64,000 bases of DNA from Candidatus Culexmicrobium cathedralense (GTDB taxonomy: Archaea; Thermoproteota; Methanomethylicia; Culexarchaeales; Culexmicrobiaceae). Where the stretch lies: assembly GCA_025061115.1 (NCBI GenBank), contig JANZKC010000001.1, positions 480,001-544,000 on the forward strand, in the 5' to 3' direction. The position numbers and the translations under genes were made by a program. The notes beneath the pieces were generated by a model. That model did not search any database and had not been told where the DNA came from. It saw nothing but the letters and a program-made list of their open reading frames with translations. This document shows positions 27,858 to 37,259 of this stretch, one piece after another; the stretch's first letter is position 1; every line of letters begins with the position of its first letter.

Positions 27858-30800
27858 CTAAGTTGGGGTTGGCGGAGGAACTACCGCTACCCGCCGCCTC
27901 CTCCAAGCGTAGTACTCGTAAGCCACTAAGTAGACTATGATTGCAACCACTATTGGCAGGAGCACTACCTCGCCGAAGAACTCGGCAGTTCTAAATGGCC
28001 TGCCAAGAATCGTTGCAAATACGTCTAACCTGAACTCCTCGGTCATATCTCCAGTCAATGTTATTGACTTCTCATCTTCAATGCCTCTGTAATTGACGTG
28101 AATCGTGTAGCTTCCCTCTGGAAGCTCAACGGTAACTACACCTGACTCGTCAGTGACGACCTCCATCTCCACCGGCGAAATCGTCACAGTTGATGGGCCG
28201 AGGCCCTGCCCTCTAGCTCCCTTAACAACCACCGTTAACAGGTAGACGTTGGTTGAAGTGAAGTAGTATGTTCCAGTCTTATCGACATCTACAGAGTTTG
28301 GAGACACCGTTATTGGGCGGCCCATCCAAGTTACACTTACAACCTCCAGCGTACCAACTGGCACCTGCGTGAACAGTATCTCGCCGTTCTGGTCGGTTGT
28401 AGCTGAGTGCTCAGTGCCGTCCGGATACTTGACAGTGACGTCGGCAGCAGTCATAATTGTTCCTCTCTTAGTCTTTAAGTTGAACATCACGTCGTAGACC
28501 CTGCACTTAATTGGAAGCTCGACAATGTTCTTGTCAATGGTCATCTTGTAGTCGGTCAAGATGTCTATAACGCCATCAGTCCACTTCGCAGAAAGTATGT
28601 AGTCGCCCTTTGGCACGAGCAGAGCAGTGAACGTTCCGTCAACGCCAGTGTTGCCGCTAATCATGTAGTCAATGTCTCCTGCACCCACAAACGTGTAGAA
28701 CACTCCCTTCAAAGGCCTGTTAACGTCGTCGGTCAGCTTGATCGTCACATCATACACATCAGTGAATGCAGTGTAGAACACAGTTGGCGAAACAATCTTG
28801 TACTCGGTCATCTCCTTCTCATAGCTGTCATAAACGTTTACACCTAGCCATTGGGTCCTAATAGTATACTTGCCATCATCTGCTGCAAATGGCAGGTATA
28901 CATAGCCATGCTCGTCGACCCAGCCGAATGCTGCAACTGTGCCAGCGTCAGCATCACCGTAAGCTCTATACCTAACAGCATATACTAATGCCCTCTTGAC
29001 AGTTCCGAAATCATGATATAGCGGCCTACCGGTTGAACTTAGCATTTGGACACCAATGTAATAATCAAATGTTAGTTGTACTTGATGATCATCAGCTTTA
29101 CCCTCTTCAGCTAACTCTTTTACATCGACAGGTTTGTTAGCTTTTACGTCATCAGCGATCTTTGTCTTATTATAGATAGCTGATGGTAATTCGTCAGGCT
29201 TCGGCTCGTAGTAAGCCTTAAACAGGTACTTAGTTTCATTACCCCAGAATACTGTATCATCAAATCTTGCAACACCATTCTCATTAGTTGTAGATGAAGC
29301 TACGAATACATTAGCAGTGTCGCTTAGCGGAGATGTCCAATACACTTTAACCGTGTAACCTGCAAGTCCTTCGCCGCGCCAGTCTTTTACAACTGCAGTC
29401 ATATTGTAAGCTGCTAACTTAAAGTCGAATACCCTCGTAACGTTGTCATATGACCATACTTCGCCCCAACTAAACGGCATGAAGCCAGTGAAATTGTATA
29501 CGCCATAGTCACTCCAGTATGGCAAATCCTTAACCACTGGTTTGTCTTTGAATGTGCTTGAGCCATTAATGAATTCTCCACTCGTTGTCAAACAGCCAAC
29601 TGTAACATTTTCAGTTCCCGCTGGAGCATCCTTGGTTGTACCTGCAATAGTGTTAATAGTTATAGTGATTGGAGTTCCATTTACATCCTTTATACTCCAA
29701 ACTGGTATGTAAACAAGTGTTTCATCTGGAACTATTATCGTTATATTGTATACGTAAGCGTTCTCTCCTCTCGAGTAATCGTTGCCGCTGAATATTATAG
29801 CATATGCTTTGTCTTCAGGAATTACATTGCGATAATCTTCTGATGCATTTAGCCATGTCATGTTCAGCCCTAACCATGATACGTTGATCATTAAGTTGTA
29901 ACTGTTAATTATTTTGCTGTGTTTCCAGTCATATAGCTCAAATGTTACTGGGTATACTCTCATTTGTGCAGTTGCTACTGGATTTACAACGTCTGGGTCA
30001 GTTACTAATGGAACATGGACAGATCCTGTTCCGTTAAATACTCTTACTCCTGCCCAATATATTTCAAAGGTGTAGTTTTGTCCTCCAACGAAAAGGTGAC
30101 TTCCATTTATGCTATAGAACATTATTGAGTTATAAGCAGTAGTATTTCCGTAGGCTTCCTCGAAGTCGTGTACTGCTATTGATGCGTTTGCGTAGGGTAG
30201 GACTTCTGGCATTTCATTTCCAGTTATGTCGAGTAATTTGAGTATAAAGTCATAGATGTATACGTGGTGTGTTCCGGTATAGTTTTCTGCAGCTAATGTG
30301 AGCTTGTTTTCATATGGACCTACATATACATTGTCTTTGCCGCCGAAGTGCTTGTGCTTATCCTCGTGTGTATATGCTTTAATGGTTATTTCTATTCCTG
30401 CTGGTATTTGTGTGAAGTTTGCCCAACCATAGCCGTTTGTTGTGTTCCAGTCTTCGGTCCAAGTGCCAGTGTCGCCAGTTATTGTTGCGTTTCCTTCCCA
30501 GCTTAGCGTGACATTTATGCCTGCAATGCCATAGTCGTCAGTTCCCCACTTGACCATCCGTAGCTTAGCGTCTACGAAAGCGAACTTGAATGCAACTGCC
30601 TCGTAAATGTTGTCAGTTACATTGAATATGTCTGACATTCCATATGGCTTGACATGTAGGTTCTTGTATACTACACCTACATGCCAAACGCCACCTGGTA
30701 CCTGTATTAAGGTCAATGTGCCTGTTGCAGTAGCTGGAACTGTTGAGACTGCTCCAGATGGGTGTTCTAGAACTACTACTGCATTTGGAAGTGGGTTACC

Positions 30801-32345
30801 ATTTAGGTCAACCACTGTTAGGTGAGCATCATATACTTCACATACTAAATTGTAGGTTATTATTTGGTCATAATCATCTTTGACAATTTCTTCATCAACG
30901 TAGAAGTCAACCGCTCCATAAGTTGTGGAGGCATTTTCAACTGTAAATGTTACGGACTTAACTTTAACCCATGATGCTGGATCCTCTGGAGTTATTGACC
31001 AGTAAACTTCAATTTTAGTATCACCGAATGGAATGTAACCTGCAGCCTTTCTTCCTGTTAAAGTCACATATTTACTAGTTGGAGGATCTTCAGATACTAA
31101 TGGTGGCAGTTGGATGAGGCCTTCAGACTCATCGCTTCTAGTGTTAAATGATATGAGGTTTGGCCATGTAATTACAACTTTAGCGTTTAGTAGTTTGCCT
31201 GCAGTTGGTCTTTTATCGAGTAAAGTTACATTAAATGGCACTAGCTGGCAATATACTTTTAATCCGTCATCGCTGTAATCAGATGGGTCATCAAGTATTG
31301 TTGTATTTACTTGAATCTCGTGTGTTAGCCAGTATACAGTTAATACTGACGGTACATTTGGATATTGATCTATTGAAACTTCGCCATTTTCAGTTGCTAA
31401 TGCTGTTGCCAATAATTTTTCTGGATTTTCCTTATCGTTTAGTGAAACTTTCACTATGCTGTATCCTGACGTTGTTGATTTTAGTGGATTTCCTAACCAG
31501 TCGTATAGCGTTATGTATAGTGGATAAACATCTGTGGAAACGTTGAAGTATCCAACACCTTCACTTGGAATTTCGATGTCTGCCTCTGCACCCACTTCAG
31601 TTGGCTTGGATATCTTAAGTATAACGGCGTCTTCTTTAATGTCCCCTTCTGGAGAATATCCTTCTACAATTGTGCCGTCGAACTTATTTACATCCCGCAG
31701 TACAAGGTACTCATAGTCCCAGTATACTTTTAATGTCCAATTGCCTTTTGACCAACTTACATCAATTGGTATTCGAGCAGTTAGATTTAATGACTGATCG
31801 TCAGATACCAGATATCCGGATACAGAATATATCTTGTCTGTGTAATTGTAGTAGAATGTTACTTTATGATACTTTAGCGTTCTATCGCCGTAGTCTGTTG
31901 CTGTGAGGTTAACCTCCCAGACAGACGTATAAATGTTCGTTTCATTAATATTTGATAGTTCATTCCCATAGATGGTGCTGTTTTCATAAACTGTAAAAGC
32001 GTCAGTATAGGCTGGATCCCATTTCACTGTCATATTATACTTTGTACTAGTAGTATCTAGAAGTCCAGGAAGAGTTACATTCAGCCAACCTTTCTCGTTA
32101 GTCCTACCCGTGAATAGTATATAATGCTCATCCGCTTCGCCCGTTATATTCCAAACTTCCACGTATGCATTTTCAAGGGGTTTACCTGCTTGGTCAACGA
32201 AACACAATGCTAATAGCACTTCTTCGTCTTGTGCCTTCACAGTTGCAGCTGGTAATACGATTAGTATGCATGCTATTATGAGGAGGGCGGCGGTGTATTT
32301 TATGGCTTTATTCAATCCTCTTCTTCCTCCCGAATGGCATTTCAT
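27858..32345 (-). CDS. Large cell-surface / S-layer-like glycoprotein with repeated Ig-like (carboxypeptidase-regulatory-like) domains
   Basis: Signal peptide (...AATVKA|Q), repeats of D..G.PL..A.V and T...G, many N-x-S/T sequons, C-terminal TM followed by RRRR. Confidence 0.8.
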   Translation of the reverse strand: MKCHSGGRRGLNKAIKYTAALLIIACILIVLPAATVKAQDEEVLLALCFVDQAGKPLENAYVEVWNITGEADEHYILFTGRTNEKGWLNVTLPGLLDTTSTKYNMTVKWDPAYTDAFTVYENSTIYGNELSNINETNIYTSVWEVNLTATDYGDRTLKYHKVTFYYNYTDKIYSVSGYLVSDDQSLNLTARIPIDVSWSKGNWTLKVYWDYEYLVLRDVNKFDGTIVEGYSPEGDIKEDAVILKISKPTEVGAEADIEIPSEGVGYFNVSTDVYPLYITLYDWLGNPLKSTTSGYSIVKVSLNDKENPEKLLATALATENGEVSIDQYPNVPSVLTVYWLTHEIQVNTTILDDPSDYSDDGLKVYCQLVPFNVTLLDKRPTAGKLLNAKVVITWPNLISFNTRSDESEGLIQLPPLVSEDPPTSKYVTLTGRKAAGYIPFGDTKIEVYWSITPEDPASWVKVKSVTFTVENASTTYGAVDFYVDEEIVKDDYDQIITYNLVCEVYDAHLTVVDLNGNPLPNAVVVLEHPSGAVSTVPATATGTLTLIQVPGGVWHVGVVYKNLHVKPYGMSDIFNVTDNIYEAVAFKFAFVDAKLRMVKWGTDDYGIAGINVTLSWEGNATITGDTGTWTEDWNTTNGYGWANFTQIPAGIEITIKAYTHEDKHKHFGGKDNVYVGPYENKLTLAAENYTGTHHVYIYDFILKLLDITGNEMPEVLPYANASIAVHDFEEAYGNTTAYNSIMFYSINGSHLFVGGQNYTFEIYWAGVRVFNGTGSVHVPLVTDPDVVNPVATAQMRVYPVTFELYDWKHSKIINSYNLMINVSWLGLNMTWLNASEDYRNVIPEDKAYAIIFSGNDYSRGENAYVYNITIIVPDETLVYIPVWSIKDVNGTPITITINTIAGTTKDAPAGTENVTVGCLTTSGEFINGSSTFKDKPVVKDLPYWSDYGVYNFTGFMPFSWGEVWSYDNVTRVFDFKLAAYNMTAVVKDWRGEGLAGYTVKVYWTSPLSDTANVFVASSTTNENGVARFDDTVFWGNETKYLFKAYYEPKPDELPSAIYNKTKIADDVKANKPVDVKELAEEGKADDHQVQLTFDYYIGVQMLSSTGRPLYHDFGTVKRALVYAVRYRAYGDADAGTVAAFGWVDEHGYVYLPFAADDGKYTIRTQWLGVNVYDSYEKEMTEYKIVSPTVFYTAFTDVYDVTIKLTDDVNRPLKGVFYTFVGAGDIDYMISGNTGVDGTFTALLVPKGDYILSAKWTDGVIDILTDYKMTIDKNIVELPIKCRVYDVMFNLKTKRGTIMTAADVTVKYPDGTEHSATTDQNGEILFTQVPVGTLEVVSVTWMGRPITVSPNSVDVDKTGTYYFTSTNVYLLTVVVKGARGQGLGPSTVTISPVEMEVVTDESGVVTVELPEGSYTIHVNYRGIEDEKSITLTGDMTEEFRLDVFATILGRPFRTAEFFGEVVLLPIVVAIIVYLVAYEYYAWRRRRVAVVPPPTPT

Positions 32346-32397
32346 CTCATGCTGTTGTTTTACCTTTATACAGTAGGGAACTTTTAAGATTTATGAG

Positions 32398-32415
32398 GTT
32401 CTAGATTTCTAGAAC
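32398..32415. promoter_or_regulatory. Perfect palindrome GTTCTAGA-TT-TCTAGAAC, candidate operator
   Basis: 8-bp inverted repeat in the divergent surface-gene/cofE intergenic region. Confidence 0.4.
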
Positions 32416-32533
32416 TTTTGTTAAGGATGTTCAAATAAATTAGAATTTAGTTAATTGCGGTTAATTTCCATTGCTTTAATGCTTTTCTTTGCCAAGTGAT
32501 TGCGGCACGAAATATTAATTTAATAATTCTGCG

Positions 32534-33376
32534 TTGCCATCTAACTTGGTGACGGTGTTGGCTAGGGTTGTTGAAGTTATTGGGCTTCAGACCATTCCCG
32601 ACGTGAAGGCTGGTGATGACGTTGCTAAGTTCATTGTTGAGGCTGCCGAGCGTGAGGGCGTTGGCATTAAGGATGGCGATATAATTGTGGTTACTCATAA
32701 GATTATTAGTAAGGCTAATGGGCTTATAGTTGATCTCAGCACCGTTGAGCCTTCCCCGAGGGCTGTGGAGATTGCTGAGAGGACTGGTAAGGATCCGCGA
32801 TTTGTTGAGTTGATTTTGAGGGAGGCCAAGCGCATACTCGCAGTTAAGCCGCCGTATATCATTACTGAAACGCGGTTTGGTCATATTTGTCTCAACGCAG
32901 GCATTGACAGGTCGAATGTTTGTGGTAGGGAGGACATCTGCGCTTTGCTACCTAGGGACCCTGATGCTGAGGCGGCTAAGATTAGGGAGAAGATCATGAA
33001 GTTAACTGGAAAGAAGGTTGCTGTGATAATTAGTGACACCTATAGCAGGCCTCATCGATATGCTCAAATTGACATGGCCATCGGCGTGGCTGGGATGAAG
33101 CCAGTTAGGGATTATAAGCGTAAAGTAGATGCTTACGGCTACACGCTTAGGTTTAAGATGCAGGCTGTGGCGGATGAGCTTGCAGCTGCCGCAGAGCTTG
33201 TAATTGGGCAGACTACTGAGAAAATTCCAGTTGCAATCATTAGAGGCTACGAGTATGAGATGGATGAGGAGGGCTGCGCTAAGAGGATGAGCTTAATTAA
33301 GCTTGGATTTAGAGACATCTTTGAGGGAGTAAAGTTAATACCTGAAACGCCGGGTTTAGCGAGGAGAGCGCAGTAG
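32534..33376 (+). CDS. cofE: Coenzyme F420-0:L-glutamate ligase
   Basis: THKIISKA.G, NAGIDRSN, LLP.DPD, VIISDT, AVADELAAAA.LV.GQ. Confidence 0.9.
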   Translation: MPSNLVTVLARVVEVIGLQTIPDVKAGDDVAKFIVEAAEREGVGIKDGDIIVVTHKIISKANGLIVDLSTVEPSPRAVEIAERTGKDPRFVELILREAKRILAVKPPYIITETRFGHICLNAGIDRSNVCGREDICALLPRDPDAEAAKIREKIMKLTGKKVAVIISDTYSRPHRYAQIDMAIGVAGMKPVRDYKRKVDAYGYTLRFKMQAVADELAAAAELVIGQTTEKIPVAIIRGYEYEMDEEGCAKRMSLIKLGFRDIFEGVKLIPETPGLARRAQ

Positions 33377-33395
33377 TTTAATTTGAGGTGCAACC

Positions 33396-35294
33396 TTGTA
33401 CAGCATGGATCCAGTGGACGTTCTCATAGTTGCCGAGAAGCCTTCGGTTGCAGAGGCATTTGCAAAAGCGCTTGCTGGCAGAAATTACGTTGAAAGCCGC
33501 ATTAAGGGCATAAAGGTATTTAGATTTAAGCTTAATGGCAAGCGGTGGGCTTCCATAGGACTTAAGGGGCACCTATTCAACTTCGATTTTGAAAAGCAGT
33601 TTAATTCTTGGAGGCGCGTGGACCCAAAAGTGCTTTTCTTCACCAATCCAATTAGGGTGGTGGAGCCCACATCGAGAAGATATCTTGAAGCTTTGAAGGA
33701 AATTGCTAGGCATGCTGAGCTAATTTACCTAGCGCTCGACGCAGACACTGAGGGAGAGAGCATAGCATTTGAAGTTATGGATGTTGTGAGGTCGGTAAAT
33801 CCATATGCTGAATTCAAGCGGCTATGGTTTAACTCGACAGTTCCCGAGGAACTTAGGAGAGCCATTAGCAACCCTCAATCGCCGAACAGGCTTTTAGCTG
33901 AAAAGTGCTTTGCCAGAATGATCGTTGATCTGACGATTGGAGCAGCATTCACTAGATTCATAACAAGAGCAGTTGAAAAGAAAAGTCCAAGAGCACTTCC
34001 ATTCGGGCACTTCCTAAGCTACGGGCCATGCCAAAGCCCCACGCTATTCCTCGTAGTTCAGAGAGCGTGGGAAAGGGAGAAGTTTAAGCCGGAAAAGTTC
34101 TACGTGATCAAAGCTAAAGTCGAAATTTACGGAGCAATCTTCGAAGCAGAGCACGCTAAAGGTCAAATTAAGAGTAAAAGCGAAGCTGACGCAATATACT
34201 CTAAAATTAAAGGTGCGAAATACGCGACAGTAGAGAAGTTCAGGGCTACTAGGAGGGAGAAGAAGCCTCCAATACCACTAACAACCCTGGAACTTGAAAG
34301 CAGAGCAAGCAAATATCTAAACATTAGAGCGAAGCAAGCTCTAGATGTAGCTGAAGAGCTTTACAGGCATGGATACATAAGCTACCCGAGAACTGAAACC
34401 GAAATCTACAGCCCAAAGCTAAACTTGAAGGGCAAGGTTGAAATGCTCGCCAAGCACCCAATCTACGGAGATTACGCTCAAAAAATACTCAATGAAGGAA
34501 AAATTCGGCCAACGCGTGGAACTAGAGATGATAAGGCACATCCTCCAATCCACCCAACAAGAGCGGCTGGGAAGGACGAGATCGTCAGGAGATTTGGAAG
34601 CCGAGGCTGGAGAATTTACGACTTAATTGTAAGGCACTTTCTAGCCACGCTAAGCAGCCCTGCAACCATAGAGAGCAGAAGGGCGGACCTAAACATTAAT
34701 GGAGAGAAGTTCATCATCAGAGGATTAACAGTAGCTGATGAAGGCTACCTCAAAATATATCCGTTCGAAAAGCCCAAGGAAGACTACCTACCAGAGCTTG
34801 AAAAAGGAAATGAGCTGAAGGTAATTAGCATTGAAGTTAAAGAGGGAGAAACAAGTCCACCGCCATTCCTGTCAGAGGCGGAGCTTCTAAAGCTCATGGA
34901 TAAGTACGGAATAGGCACAGATGCAACCAAGCAAGACCACATACACACGAACATAAAGCGAGGATACTTCTACATTGAAAAAAAGAGATGCATACCCACA
35001 CCACTCGGAAAAACGCTGATCGAAGCACTATACAAAACGGTTCCTGAAGTCGTTAAACCCGAAGTCAGAGGATTCATGGAGAAAATGTTCAGTGAAATAG
35101 CATTAGGTAAGAGAAGCATGAACGAAGTCGTTGAAAGTGCAAGAAAATACTTTCTAGAAAAATATGAAATATTGAGGGAGCACGAAGGCGAATTAGCACT
35201 TAAAGTCACTCCATCAATAAGCGAAAGCATAGCAATAGCTCGCAAAAGCATAAGACGCGGAAGAAGGAGATGGAGAAGGCGTAGGAGAAAGTAA
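33396..35294 (+). CDS. topA: Type IA DNA topoisomerase (TopA/Top3)
   Basis: AEKPSVA, DADTEGE, SYGPCQSP, ISYPRT (catalytic Tyr), AHPPIHP, GIGTDAT; Arg-rich tail. Confidence 0.95.
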   Translation: MYSMDPVDVLIVAEKPSVAEAFAKALAGRNYVESRIKGIKVFRFKLNGKRWASIGLKGHLFNFDFEKQFNSWRRVDPKVLFFTNPIRVVEPTSRRYLEALKEIARHAELIYLALDADTEGESIAFEVMDVVRSVNPYAEFKRLWFNSTVPEELRRAISNPQSPNRLLAEKCFARMIVDLTIGAAFTRFITRAVEKKSPRALPFGHFLSYGPCQSPTLFLVVQRAWEREKFKPEKFYVIKAKVEIYGAIFEAEHAKGQIKSKSEADAIYSKIKGAKYATVEKFRATRREKKPPIPLTTLELESRASKYLNIRAKQALDVAEELYRHGYISYPRTETEIYSPKLNLKGKVEMLAKHPIYGDYAQKILNEGKIRPTRGTRDDKAHPPIHPTRAAGKDEIVRRFGSRGWRIYDLIVRHFLATLSSPATIESRRADLNINGEKFIIRGLTVADEGYLKIYPFEKPKEDYLPELEKGNELKVISIEVKEGETSPPPFLSEAELLKLMDKYGIGTDATKQDHIHTNIKRGYFYIEKKRCIPTPLGKTLIEALYKTVPEVVKPEVRGFMEKMFSEIALGKRSMNEVVESARKYFLEKYEILREHEGELALKVTPSISESIAIARKSIRRGRRRWRRRRRK

Positions 35295-35358
35295 CTCGCT
35301 TATTAAGTTGATAGCACTTTCCAAAATAACAATACGTTAGAGTTAAATAATTCTCAAA

Positions 35359-36687
35359 TTGAAATTTTCAAGGCAAGTCCAAGCGCATTGGAGGTGGTTC
35401 AACTCGCCAGAATATGATGCTGTGATAGTCGGCGCAGGCATCTTAGGATTATCAACCGCATATCACATTAAGAGAAGGCTTCCCGAAGGAAAAATCCTTG
35501 TTATAGACAAGCTAAGCGGCCCAGGCCGTGGAAATACTGCTAAAAGTGCCGGAATGTTTAGGTGCTTCTTCTACTCTCGAACCAACTTCTACCTAGCCGA
35601 CTCATCAATAGAATTTTATAGGCACGTCCAGGAAAGCGGGTTCAACCTAGGATTAAAATGGATAGGGTACCTCTGGCTTTTCAGCGAAGATCAGTTCAAA
35701 AAGCTAAAGCCAATTTTAAGTGAAATGGAAAAGCGAGGAGCAGAATATAGAATTTACAGCAGAGAAGAGCTGGAAAACAAGCTTGAATTAAACGTCAAAG
35801 CAGCTGAAACTGAAGAAGGAAAGTTCATGAACCTAGAGAACGTAGAGTTAGGGCTGTTCGTACCTAAAGCTGGAAAAATCGACGTTGACAGGCTGGTGGA
35901 ATATTATGAAACCGAATTTAAGCGAATGGGCGGAGAAGTGCGCTATGGAGTAACCGCTGAAGAGATAGTTGTAGAGCCGAAAGTTAAGCTAGAAATTCCA
36001 GGTGAACCGCACTTCTGGCAGGAATGCAGGGTTGTGGGAGTTAAAGCGAATGGAAAGCTAATTAGAGCTAAGAAAACCATAGTTGCAGCAGGGGTGTGGG
36101 CAAGCAAGCTCCTCAACCCAATAGGAGTAGATTCATACTCAAAGCCCAAGAAAAGGCAAATTTTCGTGATAAAAGCCGATCGAGAAGAACTTAAAAAGCT
36201 AATTCGCAGCAAGGGATTCAACAAGTACAACTCAATGCCATTCACAATACTACCCAACCCAAGGGTCTTCATTAAGCCCGACCTTGACGAAGAAACCTTC
36301 TGGCTAGGCTATGCCGACGACTTCAACAGGCCATTCAAATTAGAGGAGGACCCGCAGCCAGAGGATAACTACTACAGATACGGCATTTACCCAGTTCTAA
36401 CAGCCTACTTCCCCCAATTCACTGGAACCCAGCTAATCAACGCTTGGGCCGGCCAATACGCAATAAACACCCTAGACCACCAGCCAGTAGTATTCGAGGA
36501 AAACAGCTTAATCGTCGTCGGAGCAGCTAGTGGAAGCGGAATAATGAAGGCAGACGCCATAGGAAGAATAGCAGCGGCAGTTTACTTCGAAGAAGAGGAA
36601 GCCGAGCTGTATGGAGAGAGGTGGTTCAAGGTAAGCGACCTAGGAATAAAGGAGAGGCAAATCGAAGTAGAGAAATTCGTGATTTAA
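35359..36687 (+). CDS. FAD-dependent oxidoreductase (DAO/sarcosine oxidase beta family)
   Basis: VGAGILG, T.KSAG, AAGVW, WAGQY, SGSGIMKA. Confidence 0.85.
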   Translation: MKFSRQVQAHWRWFNSPEYDAVIVGAGILGLSTAYHIKRRLPEGKILVIDKLSGPGRGNTAKSAGMFRCFFYSRTNFYLADSSIEFYRHVQESGFNLGLKWIGYLWLFSEDQFKKLKPILSEMEKRGAEYRIYSREELENKLELNVKAAETEEGKFMNLENVELGLFVPKAGKIDVDRLVEYYETEFKRMGGEVRYGVTAEEIVVEPKVKLEIPGEPHFWQECRVVGVKANGKLIRAKKTIVAAGVWASKLLNPIGVDSYSKPKKRQIFVIKADREELKKLIRSKGFNKYNSMPFTILPNPRVFIKPDLDEETFWLGYADDFNRPFKLEEDPQPEDNYYRYGIYPVLTAYFPQFTGTQLINAWAGQYAINTLDHQPVVFEENSLIVVGAASGSGIMKADAIGRIAAAVYFEEEEAELYGERWFKVSDLGIKERQIEVEKFVI

Positions 36688-36692
36688 ATTCA

Positions 36693-36749
36693 GCCTCAGG
36701 AGACCGTCGTGTCTTCACAGCTCAAGTAGTCTCTTCCATCATCATCGGC
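36693..36749 (-). ncRNA. Box C/D methylation-guide sRNA
   Basis: Minus strand: GCC-G-ATGATGA(C)-TGGAAGAGACTAC-TTGA(D')-GCT-GTGAAGA(C')-CACGACGGTCTC-CTGA(D)-GGC; terminal GCC/GGC stem. Confidence 0.88.
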
Positions 36750-36804
36750 AACATAAATATTGCAAAGCACGGTAATAACTTTAGCTGAGAAAGAGGGTTA
36801 GACG

Positions 36805-37254
36805 TTGTCTAATAATAGTGTCAACATTATTATTAGGTTAATTAAGGAGGCCTACGAGGCCCTCTTCGAAGCCTGGGAGGCCCTAAGAAGAGGCGAAAAT
36901 CAAAAAGCAGTTAGAATGTCCATAAAGACAATTGAAAAATCAGTTAACGCCGTCAAAATAACGCTAAGAGGGGTCCTCGGGGCAAGCGGAAACCTGATGG
37001 AAAGCGCGGACACCATAATAAAAGCTATGGAAGGAATTAAGAGCTTGGAAAAAAGGAGGTTAGCGAGAGTACACCTGATAGAGGCTTTATGGTTAAACCC
37101 CAAGGTAATTCAAATTTGTGAACAAGGCATGTATGACCTCAAGCCTAAAAACATCTTGAAGGAATTGGAAGCTAGAGCTGCTGTTGAACATGCATCAGAA
37201 GTATATTACTGGGCCGACTCAGTAACTTTCAAGCTGGTTAGGAAGAAAACTTGA
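36805..37254 (+). CDS. HEPN-like helical protein
   Basis: N-terminus A.EAL..A...L..G....A......IEKSV.A resembles the HEPN N-terminal helices; C-terminal EA..AVE.A..V. Confidence 0.5.
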   Translation: MSNNSVNIIIRLIKEAYEALFEAWEALRRGENQKAVRMSIKTIEKSVNAVKITLRGVLGASGNLMESADTIIKAMEGIKSLEKRRLARVHLIEALWLNPKVIQICEQGMYDLKPKNILKELEARAAVEHASEVYYWADSVTFKLVRKKT

Positions 37255-37259
37255 AAGTG

